DNA of 64,000 nucleotides, taken from an uncultured virus (IMG/VR IMGVR_UViG_3300027782_000070). Lineage: Duplodnaviria; Heunggongvirae; Uroviricota; Caudoviricetes. This document shows, piece after piece, positions 14,054 to 25,200 of this stretch. Made by a program: the position numbers and the translations under genes. The notes beneath the pieces are model-generated. The model was not told the origin of the DNA. It saw only the letters and a program-made list of their open reading frames with translations, and made no database searches. The stretch is from IMG/VR virus record IMGVR_UViG_3300027782_000070; one strand, written 5' to 3'. Each line of letters starts with the position of its first letter. Position 1 is the first letter of the stretch.

Positions 14054-15516
14054 TGGCAGTACACGGAGGACCAAAAATAGCAACATCTGGATTAGTTCTT
14101 TCACTTGATGCTGCGAATAGCAGTAAGAGTACTCTGAGTGCCGTTGAAGTTCTTGTAGTTGCTGGTGGTGGAGGAGGAGGTTCTTGGCACGGAGGTGGAG
14201 GAGGTGGTGGAGGACTAATCTATAGTTCTGCAGTTTCTGTTACTCCTGGTTCTGCTGCTACTGTTACTGTTGGTGCTGGTGGTGCTGGTGGTGGAAATAC
14301 TGCTGCAGGAACTTCTCCAAACGGTGGAGGAAATGGTGGAAATTCTGTATTTGGTTCTTTGACTGCTATTGGTGGTGGAGGAGGAGGATCTTATCCAAAT
14401 AATGGTAGTAGTGGAGGTTCTGGGGGAGCAGGAACTAACTGGAGCGTGAGTGCAACTGGTGGTAGTGCAACATCTGGGCAAGGTTTTGCTGGAGGATCAA
14501 ATAATGGAGAAATTAATTATGGAGGAGGTGGTGGAGGTGCTGGAGGAACTGCTAAAGGTTTATCTAATAACTCTGGTGGAGATGGATTGCCTTATAATAT
14601 TTCTGGCACTCAAACTTATTATAGTGGTGGTGGAGGTGCTGGTGTTTATCCTGGATACGCAAATGGCACTTCCTATGGGTATGGTGGATTAGGTGGTGGG
14701 GGAAATGGTGGTGATGGTCCTCATGGTGGTGGAACTACTCCAGGAAATGGTAGTTCAAATACTGGTGGTGGAGGAGGTGGAGTTGCTGACCTCTACAAAA
14801 TTGGTGGTGAAGGTGGTTCCGGTATAGTAATCGTAAGATATCCAGGACCACAAAAAGCAATAGGGGGAGCAGTTACTTCTAGTGGTGGTTATACCATTCA
14901 TACATTTACTTCAGTAGGTTCCACTACATTTACTCCTTTATCTACTTCTAGTGGTTCTGCGATTTCAGGACTTACAGATATATCCAATAATGGTAACTTT
15001 GGAACTCCTGTAAATGGACCGACTTATAGTAGTGCGAATGGGGGGTCTATTGTTTTTGATGGGGTTGATGATTATGTGAATTGCGGAACTCCTTCAATAA
15101 GTGCTGGAAAAATAACAGTAAATGCTTGGGTGAAAATAAATGCTGGTTCATTACTTCAACATATAGTAGATTCTGCATCCAATGCTTGGCATTTGGCAAT
15201 ATTAAACGATAATAGACCTTATTTTTATAATGGTTCAGTATACCATCAAGCTGCTCCAATACTTAATGTTGGTCAATGGTATATGCTTACGGGAGTTCAA
15301 GGAACAACACTGGACATTTATATCAATGGTGTTCTTGGGCAAAGTTTGGCAAGTAACGTAAATGTAACAACAAATAATGTGATTTTGGGTGCATGGCAAT
15401 CTGGATCTAGACCATTAACAGGAAACATAGCACAAGCATCAATATACAACAGAGCACTGACAGCAGATGAAATCTCACAAAACTTTAATGCAACCAGAGG
15501 AAGGTATGGGGTTTAA
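14053..15516 (+). CDS. LamG-domain protein with an inserted glycine-rich domain
   Basis: Shared LamG termini; insert VEVLVVAGGGGGG...GGSGIVIVRY...YTIHTF. Confidence 0.8.
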   Translation: MAVHGGPKIATSGLVLSLDAANSSKSTLSAVEVLVVAGGGGGGSWHGGGGGGGGLIYSSAVSVTPGSAATVTVGAGGAGGGNTAAGTSPNGGGNGGNSVFGSLTAIGGGGGGSYPNNGSSGGSGGAGTNWSVSATGGSATSGQGFAGGSNNGEINYGGGGGGAGGTAKGLSNNSGGDGLPYNISGTQTYYSGGGGAGVYPGYANGTSYGYGGLGGGGNGGDGPHGGGTTPGNGSSNTGGGGGGVADLYKIGGEGGSGIVIVRYPGPQKAIGGAVTSSGGYTIHTFTSVGSTTFTPLSTSSGSAISGLTDISNNGNFGTPVNGPTYSSANGGSIVFDGVDDYVNCGTPSISAGKITVNAWVKINAGSLLQHIVDSASNAWHLAILNDNRPYFYNGSVYHQAAPILNVGQWYMLTGVQGTTLDIYINGVLGQSLASNVNVTTNNVILGAWQSGSRPLTGNIAQASIYNRALTADEISQNFNATRGRYGV

Positions 15517-15522
15517 TCAATA

Positions 15523-15551
15523 TTGACATAGGATAAATAAGGTAGTATCAT
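15523..15551 (+). promoter_or_regulatory. sigma70 promoter
   Basis: TTGACA, 17 bp, TATCAT. Confidence 0.7.
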
Positions 15552-15590
15552 TGAATTGGTACGTACCAATATAAAAAATTGACTTAAGTT

Positions 15591-16346
15591 ATGGCTAAAG
15601 GATTTACTGTAAAAGCAAAAACACCTGAACCAGAAGAACAACCATTGTTTGACATTGAAAGGTGTAAGGAAAATATTAAAGGTAAGAGTATTGTATTTTG
15701 TTTACCTGGAAGGGGAGTATCTTATACCTTCCTAAAGAGTTTTGTGCAACTTTGTTTTGATTTAGTACAATCTGGAGCATCTATTCAGATTTCTCAAGAT
15801 TATAGTTCTATGGTGAACTTTGCACGTTGTAAAGTACTTGGTGCCAATGTACTTGCAGGACCAGATCAAATTCCCTGGCAAGGTAAGTTAACTTATGACT
15901 ATCAACTCTGGATTGATAGTGACATTGTATTCAACACCAATGCCTTCTGGGCTGTCTTTGATATGGATAAGGACATTGCTGCTGGTTGGTATGCTACAGA
16001 GGATGGTAGGACCACCTCAGTTGCACACTGGTTAGAAGAGGATGACTTTAAAAAGAATGGTGGTGTTATGAATCATGAGATGGTAGATACCATTCAGAAT
16101 AGGAAAAAACCATTTACTGTAGATTATACTGGATTTGGTTGGACCTTGATTAAGAAAGGTGTCTTTGAGCATGAAATGATGAAGTATCCTTGGTTTGCTC
16201 CTAAGATGCAAGTATTTGACTCTGGAGAAGTTCAAGATATGTGTGGCGAAGATGTTTCATTCTGTCTTGATGCAAAGAAAGCAGGATTTGAAATTTGGTG
16301 TCATCCACAAGTTCGTGTAGGTCATGAAAAAACAAGAATCATTTAG
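15591..16346 (+). CDS. GT-A fold glycosyltransferase-like protein
   Basis: WIDSD (DxD), TGFGWTLIK, GEDVSFC and VGHEK motifs. Confidence 0.75.
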   Translation: MAKGFTVKAKTPEPEEQPLFDIERCKENIKGKSIVFCLPGRGVSYTFLKSFVQLCFDLVQSGASIQISQDYSSMVNFARCKVLGANVLAGPDQIPWQGKLTYDYQLWIDSDIVFNTNAFWAVFDMDKDIAAGWYATEDGRTTSVAHWLEEDDFKKNGGVMNHEMVDTIQNRKKPFTVDYTGFGWTLIKKGVFEHEMMKYPWFAPKMQVFDSGEVQDMCGEDVSFCLDAKKAGFEIWCHPQVRVGHEKTRII

Positions 16347-16497
16347 AATTCTTTGTAATGGTAGGGTCATCTATCAAAATCTTTCTCAAGATGAGATGTT
16401 TGAAACAATGGATGACCTTTCCCAACAATTTTATGACACGGGGCTTCCCAATCCAGAAGACCTTGTGGTAGAATGTATAGGTGATATTGAGGAATAA
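16324..16497 (+). CDS. small hypothetical protein (57 aa)
   Basis: MKKQESFRILCNGRVIYQNL... Confidence 0.55.
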   Translation: MKKQESFRILCNGRVIYQNLSQDEMFETMDDLSQQFYDTGLPNPEDLVVECIGDIEE

Positions 16498-16502
16498 ACA
16501 CT

Positions 16503-16646
16503 ATGACAAAACGCCCATCACTGACTAATAAAGTAGTTATTGAAAGTAAACCTAAAAAAACACGTCAAGGACGTTCTCAGAATACTAGTCTTTCTGCCAC
16601 TTCAAGCAATGGTCGTAGAAAGCGTTATAGAGGACAAGGAAATTAA
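16503..16646 (+). CDS. small basic protein (47 aa)
   Basis: KPKKTRQG...RKRYRGQG; followed by a terminator. Confidence 0.7.
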   Translation: MTKRPSLTNKVVIESKPKKTRQGRSQNTSLSATSSNGRRKRYRGQGN

Positions 16647-16650
16647 TTTT

Positions 16651-16674
16651 AAGGGACCTTCTAGGTCCTTTTTT
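16651..16674 (+). terminator. intrinsic terminator
   Basis: AGGGACC-TTCTA-GGTCCTT plus T run. Confidence 0.7.
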
Positions 16675-16744
16675 AATGGATATATAGAGTATTAAGGGAT
16701 AGCAACCCCTTTAAAAGTTCTAATTCAAATGAATTAGGAGGCAA

Positions 16745-16990
16745 ATGTCCAATTTACCTGTAGATAGAGACAAAAATTACATGTACCAGATGTGGGGGAC
16801 CACAAATTTGGTGACTGATTATAATGTAAAACTTGAAAAAAAGACAATTCAAGAGATTATGCATGATGATGTTGCAAAAAATAAGCATCATTTAAAGGAA
16901 CAAGCAGAACTTCATGCTATTATTCGTAATGATGAAGATTATGATGATTGGGAATATGGAACAGAACCAGTTTATGGAAAACCTCAATAA
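16745..16990 (+). CDS. conserved hypothetical protein upstream of gp25
   Basis: AGGAGG ribosome-binding site; MWGTTNLVTDY. Confidence 0.7.
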   Translation: MSNLPVDRDKNYMYQMWGTTNLVTDYNVKLEKKTIQEIMHDDVAKNKHHLKEQAELHAIIRNDEDYDDWEYGTEPVYGKPQ

Positions 16991-17018
16991 ATAAAAGTAA
17001 CTTATTAAGTAATTAAAG

Positions 17019-17423
17019 GTGCCTTTAGAGAATATATCAAGAGGATTTAAAGATATCAGCTTGTCTTTTCTAAGGCATCCTGTGACAAATGATATTGGCA
17101 CCCTTACTAATGAAGATGCAATTAAGCGTTCTGTAGTTAATTTGGTGAGAACAAGAGTTGGAGAAAGATTCTTCAACTCTCTTTTAGGGTCTAATGTAGA
17201 AAATTACTTTTTTGAACTTGCAGATAGTGGTATTGTAGACCCATTACAAGAAGAAATTAAAACTGTTATTTCAAACTTTGAACCAAGAGTTACTGTTAGG
17301 GCAGTTGATGTTGCAGTATATCCTGAAGATAATGAACTAGATGTCACTATAACTTATGATATTGTTGGACTTGCAGTTCCAACTCAGGCAATCAATTTCA
17401 TATTACAACCAACTAGATACTAA
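17019..17423 (+). CDS. gp25: baseplate wedge protein gp25
   Basis: FKDISLSF...AIKRSV.NL...GERFF...FEPRV; late promoter AATAAATA 16986-16993. Confidence 0.9.
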   Translation: MPLENISRGFKDISLSFLRHPVTNDIGTLTNEDAIKRSVVNLVRTRVGERFFNSLLGSNVENYFFELADSGIVDPLQEEIKTVISNFEPRVTVRAVDVAVYPEDNELDVTITYDIVGLAVPTQAINFILQPTRY

Positions 17424-19297
17424 TGGCTTTTACACAGTTTACTAATCTAGATTTTGATCAGATTAGAGCATCCATTAAAGATTACCTGAGGGCAAATTCA
17501 ACCTTTACTGACTTTGATTTTGAAGGTTCTAACTTTTCTATTCTTATAGATGTACTTGCATATAATGCCTATCTGACTGCCTATAACACCAATATGGTAG
17601 CCAATGAGGCATTCCTTGATAGTGCCACCTTGAGGGAGAACGTGGTGTCTCTGGCAAGGAATATAGGGTTTGTTCCCTTGTCCAGAAGAGCAGCAAAAGC
17701 AAATATTTCATTTATATTAACTGGTATTGATACTACCAAAAAACAAGCAACTTTAAAGGCAGGTGTTGTTTGTACTGGTAACTTAGATAATACAAGTTAT
17801 ATTTTTTCAATTCCAGAAGATATTACTGTTGGAGTTGCTAATGGAGAGGCAGTTTTCTCCAATATAGACATTTATGAAGGAACTTTACTAACAAAGACCT
17901 TTACTGTAGATTCCTCACAACCAAATCAAAAGTATATTATTCCAAATCCATATGTAGATACCTCTACAATTAGAGTAAATGTGATGAATGGGGGCACTAC
18001 AGAGGAATATTATGCAATAGATAACATTCTCAATATCAATTCCACCTCACAAATTTACTTAGTACAAGAAGTTTCTGATGAGAAATATGAAATTTTCTTT
18101 GGTGATGGCATTTTTGGTAAAAAATTAAGCAATGGTGATCAAGTTGATATCTCATATATTGTCACAAATGGTCCAGCAGGTAATGGAGCATCTAATTTTA
18201 CCTTCTCTGGGAATATTGTAGATGACACTGATGTAAATATCAGTCAAAAAACTAATATTATAGTAACAAATACACCATCTTCTAATGGAGACAATATACA
18301 GTCTACAGAGTCTGTAAGGTACTATGCCCCTAGATTGTATGCTGCACAGTATAGAGCAGTCACTGCAGGGGATTATGAGGCACTTTTACCATCAATTTAC
18401 CCCAACATAGAATCAGTTACTGCTTATGGTGGAGAAGAATTAAGTCCTCCACAATATGGAAAGGTATTTTTAGCAGCAAAACCAAAAAATTCAGATTATT
18501 TGGCAGAATCTACTAAAGAATCTATATTAACATCACTTAAAAAATATAGTATTGCTGGGATTAAAGTAGAATTTGTTGATATTAATGTCCTTTATGTTGA
18601 ATTAGAGTCATCAGTTTACTATAATTCCAATTTAGTCTCTTCAGTAAGTGATTTAAACGCTAAAGTAAACAATTCATTAACAACTTATTCAAATTCCACA
18701 GATTTAAATAAGTTTGGTGGTAGATTTAAGTATAGTAAAGTAACATCAATTATAGATTCTACCAGTAATGCAATAACTTCCAACATTACTAAAGTAAGAA
18801 TTAGAAGAAATGTTGGTGCATTAATTAATAGTCCAACAAATTATAGAGTTTGTTTTGAAAATTCATTCAATGTAACCAATAAAAATTATAATATTAGGTC
18901 AACTGGGTTTACAGTTAATGGTAGTACATCCACACTTTATATTGGAGATTCTCCAAATTCAGATTTATTAACTGGAACTTTATTTTTATTTGCCATAGAA
19001 AATAATGAAGTGGTTATTAAAGTTAGAAGTGTTGGTAAAATTGATTATACCACTGGTGAAATTAATATAGATAATATAAATGTATCTTCTACTATTCTAG
19101 CAAATAATATTATTCAAATAGATGCTATACCATCATCAAATGATGTAATTGCTAAAAAATCAATTTATCTTAAATTGGATGTTGGTAGCAGTAAAATTTC
19201 AATGGTAAAAGATGTTATTTCTTCTGGAGAAAATGCATCTGGTAGTAGATTTACCCCTGAGTCAAGTTATTTCTCTGATACAAAAATAAGAAGTTAA
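17423..19297 (+). CDS. gp6: baseplate wedge protein gp6
   Basis: LDFDQIR...DFEGSNFSILIDVLAYN...NEAFLDSA...RAVTAGDY. Confidence 0.92.
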   Translation: MAFTQFTNLDFDQIRASIKDYLRANSTFTDFDFEGSNFSILIDVLAYNAYLTAYNTNMVANEAFLDSATLRENVVSLARNIGFVPLSRRAAKANISFILTGIDTTKKQATLKAGVVCTGNLDNTSYIFSIPEDITVGVANGEAVFSNIDIYEGTLLTKTFTVDSSQPNQKYIIPNPYVDTSTIRVNVMNGGTTEEYYAIDNILNINSTSQIYLVQEVSDEKYEIFFGDGIFGKKLSNGDQVDISYIVTNGPAGNGASNFTFSGNIVDDTDVNISQKTNIIVTNTPSSNGDNIQSTESVRYYAPRLYAAQYRAVTAGDYEALLPSIYPNIESVTAYGGEELSPPQYGKVFLAAKPKNSDYLAESTKESILTSLKKYSIAGIKVEFVDINVLYVELESSVYYNSNLVSSVSDLNAKVNNSLTTYSNSTDLNKFGGRFKYSKVTSIIDSTSNAITSNITKVRIRRNVGALINSPTNYRVCFENSFNVTNKNYNIRSTGFTVNGSTSTLYIGDSPNSDLLTGTLFLFAIENNEVVIKVRSVGKIDYTTGEINIDNINVSSTILANNIIQIDAIPSSNDVIAKKSIYLKLDVGSSKISMVKDVISSGENASGSRFTPESSYFSDTKIRS

Positions 19298-19298
19298 A

Positions 19299-22200
19299 AT
19301 GGATCAAAATAAAAAAGTAGTTAAAATTAATGATATTGTTGCAAACCAAATACCAGAGTTTATTTTATCAGAGAATCCAAATTTTTCAGAATTTTTAAAA
19401 CAATATTACATTTCACAAGAATTTCAAAGTTCTTCAATAGATCTTGCCGAAAATTTAATAGAATATAAGAATGTAGATACTTTTGATAATACAAATTTAA
19501 TTACCAATACCACTTTAACTTCTGTTGTAGAATTCTTTGATGATGTTATTAATGTAGACTCTACAAATGGATGGCCAAAAGAATATGGTCTTTTAAAAAT
19601 TGATGATGAAATTATTACATATACAGGAATTACTACTAACTCCTTTACTGGATGTATCAGAGGATTTAGTGGAATAGAATCATTATCAACTGATAATAAT
19701 CCAGAATTTTTAAAGTTTTCCCAAACAGATGCTAATGAGCATCTATTAACATCAATTGTCTATAATTTAAGCAATCTTTTCTTACAAGAATTTTTTAGGA
19801 AAATTAAATATCAATTTTCTCCTGGATTTGAAGATGCTATTTTTGACCCACAAATTAACCCACAAAACTTTATTAGTAAGGTAAAGACCTTTTATCAATC
19901 AAAAGGTACAGATGAAGCATACAAAATTTTATTTAAAGTTTTGTATGGAGAAAATGTAGAAGTAATTAAACCTGGAAATTTAACATTTACCAGTTCTGAT
20001 GATAAATGGGTAGTTTGTGAAACTTTTGCTTGTGAATTAATTAGTGGAAATCCTACAAAAATAGATGGACAAACTCTTTATCAAGATGCATCAACTGATG
20101 GATCTATTTTATCTGCAAATGGATCCATCTATAGTGTAGATAGATTTTACTTAGATAATAAAATTTATTACAAATTAAATCTATTTTCAGGGTATTCTAA
20201 TAATTTAAGTTCTAAAGGTTCTATTAGTGGAACTTTTGTAGAAACACCAAAGACTTATGTAGTAGAAACTGTTAATGCTAATGAGTCTACTATTACTGTA
20301 AATTCTACCATAGGTTTCCCAAATACAGGAACTTTGATTATAAATGGCATCACTGTAACATATACAGACAAAACCAATAATCAATTTTTAAATTGTTTAG
20401 GTTTAACTCAAAATATTTTACCAAAATATGAAGTATATGGTTCTAACTATGTTTATGCTTATGATACTGAGTTAAATCAACAAGTAACTTTAAGAATTCT
20501 TCCATTATTATCTGGATTGAAAGAAACTAATGCATTGTATGCTACAGAAAAAGATCCTATTCAAGTAGAAAATCTTGGTAGTTTATCTGATAATGGATTC
20601 ACAAAAACCTTAATTTACAACCATCCACTTACTGTATATTGTGGAAAAGTAAAACAAACTTTAAATTCTGTAGATGTAGAAGGTTTAGGATTATCAAATG
20701 GTATTTGTAGAACTTTATATAATCACAAATTAAAGACTGGAGATTCCATTAGCCTTTATAATTATAACACAGATGAATTAATTGTAGGAAACTCAAATAT
20801 TACAGTAAATGTACTTTCAAAAAAAGAGTTTTCTTTAAGTGTTTCTGGAATTGGAACTGATAGTATTGGTAAAAAAATAGTAGCTAAGAGAGTATTAAAG
20901 AAATCATTATCAATACAGTATCCAGAAATCAATAATAAATTTACATCAAATATACAAGATTCTTATGAAGATGATAATTATAATTACATAACATCTAATG
21001 GATTCCCCAATTTTAGCAATATAACCCCATACAAGAGAGAATTTACATTTACTGGAATTGGAATAACATTAAATGGGTTACATAATTTTAATGACGGGGA
21101 ATTAGTAACACTTATTGATGCTTATAATGTAGGATTTTCTACTGGAGAATCTTTTTATGTCAAAGTTGTAGATACAGACACTATTAATTTGGCATATTCA
21201 GCAGAAAGTGCTCATTTGGGATCATTTGTTACATTACCAGTTGGCATTTCAACATTAATTGATTTTAATTTATACAATAATAACTTTACATCTAGTAAAT
21301 CATTTAAGAAAATACCAAAAATCTTAACTGTTCCTACAGAAGAACAAGTATCTCCACCAGGAAACATTGGTATTTTAGTTAATGGCGTTGAACTACAAAA
21401 TTATAAATCATTTGATAAAATTTATTATGGAAAAATTAATAAAATAAATGTATTAAATGGTGGAATTGATTATGACATTACTAATCCCCCAAGATATGAA
21501 GTAGATTTTGGTAGTGATACAGAAACTGTTTTAGTTTCCAATATGACTGGAACTTTAACTGAACTTATTGTTACAGATTCTGGGTATAATTACAAAACCA
21601 CACCAACAGTTACATTGTCTGGTGGAGGCACTGATGGAACTGTAAAAACTGATGTGAAGATGAAATTAAAATCTAAAATAATAGAATTTAATGCTGGTTC
21701 TACTGCCAATCCTACAATTGTCAATACAATTAATGAAAGATTTGATATTGTTCATGGATTTGTTACTGGAGATGCTGTTATATACCAATCTTTTAATCAA
21801 ACCCCAATTCCTATTGGATTAGTTGATGCTGATGGGTCATTAATTAATAATGGAACTTATTATATAATTAATTTAAATAATGGAAATTCATTTGCTTTAG
21901 CATCTACAAAAAATGATGCTTTACTTGGGAATTCCATTAATTTGAGATCTACAGGAACTGGAATACAAAGATTTGTTGGGGTAGATAAAAAATTAGTAAT
22001 AGATAAAGTCAATATAGTTGGTGGAAATTTAGAATTTAAATATAAGAAATTATTTACATATGAAGAAGGTGTAAATTATTTTGATAATATTTTTATAATT
22101 CAAAATCATGGATTAATAGAAAATGATGAGGTATTCTATTCATTTACTGGCACTGCATTAAATAATCTTTCAACAACTACAAAATATTATGTTAAAAAAC

Positions 22201-25200
22201 TTGATAATAATAAATTTAAATTAAAAACAAGCAAAACATCTACTAGTACTGTAAATTTTGGAGCATCAGATTCTACATCTATTCATTATTTTGAATATTC
22301 TCCAATAACTGTTAATATTTCTGGAGCATTAGAAAAAGATATTTCAAATAACTTTATAGGAACACCAGCTACAATTAAACCAATTGTTTTAGGAAAAGTA
22401 GATACAGTTAATGTAGTAAAATCAAAATCAGGATATGGTAGTGATTCTATAGTTAATTTTAATTATTCTCCAAAAGTTTCAGAATTAGTTGGGTCTGGTG
22501 CATCTATACAAGCATTAATTTTTAATGGAGAAATTAATTCAGTTTTAGTAAAAACTAAAGGTACAAATTATTTTAATTCTATTAAACTCCAAGTAGTTGG
22601 AACAGGATATGGAGCAGTTTTAGAACCCAACATAGTAAATGGAGAAATTGTTTCTGTAAACATAGTAAATCCAGGCGTTGGATATGATAATACCACAAGA
22701 ATTAATATTATTAGTGTAGGGAAAGATTTAAAAGTTTCTTCTGAATTACAATCTTGGACTTTAAATGAAATTGATAAACTTGCACTATCAAATACTATTG
22801 ATGGTGTTTTACTTGGAAAAAATTATAATTTGTTTGGAAATATTTTTGGAATATTCCATTTAACCAATTCCAATTTCTTTACTGAATTTAGAATCCCATC
22901 AGTAACAACTACAAATCCTCCTACAGTCCATTCTAAAATTATTGGATGGGCATATGATGGTTGTCCAATCTATGGACCAGATGGATATAAAAACTCAGAT
23001 GGAACTGGTGGCATAAAAAGATTAACTTCTAGCTATAATTTAAAACAAAATAAAGAAACCCCAAATACATATTCATTTATTGAAGATTATGAATATATTA
23101 ATGGATTAGGAGATTTGGATGAACACAATGGAAGATATTGCATAACTCCAGAATATCCAAATGGGGTTTATGCATATTTCTGCACTATGACCAATAATAG
23201 GATTCCAGTATTTCCATACATTATTGGAGATACTTACAAGTTTGTAATTGAGTCTGATAATTTTAATCTTAAAATTAATCAATCTATCAATTTTAACAAT
23301 TTAGATATTGTAAAACATACTCTTCCATATGGGGTAGAAAATAAAGATAATTATTATGATTATGTAAAATTTAATGCCAACTCATCAGTTAATGATGGTA
23401 TAGTAGTTAATACTTCTTTAGGGTCTGTAGATGATATTTTAGTTTTAAATGGAGGAAAATCTTATTCCATTTTAGATGCAATTAATTTTGATAATACAAA
23501 TACCGATGGATTTGGTGCTTTTGCAGAAGTTTCAGAATTGTCTGGTGTTGGTGTCAATAGTATAACTTCAGTAATAAATCAAATATCAAACTTAACTTTT
23601 ACTTATGATAATAATAAAGTTATTGGAATATCTACACTCCCACATAATTTAATTAATGATACTTATGTTAATATAAGTTCTATATCTGATGCAAATTTTG
23701 TAGAAATTGAAGGATTTAGAAAAATTAATACTTTATCATTTACTACTAATTTAGCAGAATCTTTAGGTAGTCAATCAATAACTGGAACCTTTACATCAAT
23801 AAAAGTAAAATCTTCTATTTTTAATTTTGATATTGATTTTAAAATTCAAATAGAGGATGAAATTTTAACTGTAGTTGGATTAGATTATGAAAATAATGCA
23901 GTCAATGTTCAAAGGGAACTATTTGCTCCAGCACATGCTGCTAATGTAACTGTTACATTATTATCAAACAAAATTTATTTTGATTATCCAAAGATTTTAA
24001 ATTTAAATGAATCTAATGATTCATATTATTTCTTACCATCTAGTTCAGTTTCTATTGGAACAGATAGGTCAGTTGGTATGGGCAACACTTTAACCATTTA
24101 TCCTTTAGGATATGGTGTAAGTGTTACCAAATTTATATCTCCTGGTGAAATCTTATTGCCAAATAATAAATTTAATACTGGGGATAGTATTGTATATCAT
24201 CCAGGACAAAATCCAATTATAGTAAATGGTGGAGCAAGTTTAAATACTTTAGCAAATTTATATGTTATTAAAACTGGAGAAAATACTATTGGATTAGTAA
24301 CAGAAAGAAGTCAACTAAAGTCAACAGATAATTTAATACTTTTTAGTGCATCACAAACATTAGATACTTCTGGATTACACAAGTTTACTACAAATAGAGA
24401 TATAGTTACTGGAAATGTTTTATTCAATCAAGTTACAGTAAATACAACAGAAAATCATAATTTATCAGTTAATGATGAAGTATATTTAAATGTTACTTCT
24501 GGCATTACAACCACGCTAACTGTTACTTATGGTTCAGGATCTGCAAAATTATCAATCAATGGATTAATAAATCCAAAAATTGATTTATATAAAAATGATA
24601 CTGTTATATTTGATTTATCCTCAAGTACTTTATCTAACACAGTTTTTAAACTTTATACTGATAAAAACTTTGTAAATGAATATCTTGGCAATCAGGAAAA
24701 TGGATTAGAAGTTATTAAAGCAGATACTTCACTAACATTGAAAATATCAGAATATACTCCAAGAATACTTTATTATAACATAGAATCTACAATTAAAAAA
24801 GTTTATATTGATGAGACTGTAGATAGATTTAATACTATTTTAACAAATGAAAGTTACTATTCAAATAAACATTTAAATGTGGTATCAACAACAGATACAT
24901 CATTTACATTAAATTATCCTAATGTTTGCGAAAGACCTCAATACACATCAGCATTATCTACATTATTATATAATGTAATCTCATCAAATTATTCTGGTCC
25001 TATTGCAAAAATTAATATTTTATCCAAAGGATGTGAATATAAAAAATTACCTTTAATTAAATCTATTTCTGGAAATGGTTCTGATGCAAACTTATTACCA
25101 ATAAGCAATACTATTGGAAAAATAATAAAATCAAAAATTATTAATAATGAGTTTGTTTTACCTTCAGATAAAACATTAAATCCATTTTCAAATCTTTATT

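Noticed and set aside
12611..15491. Diversity-generating retroelement template/variable repeats
   Set aside because: No reverse transcriptase in the window; all copies are the coding C-termini of paralogues and differences are not adenine-specific.
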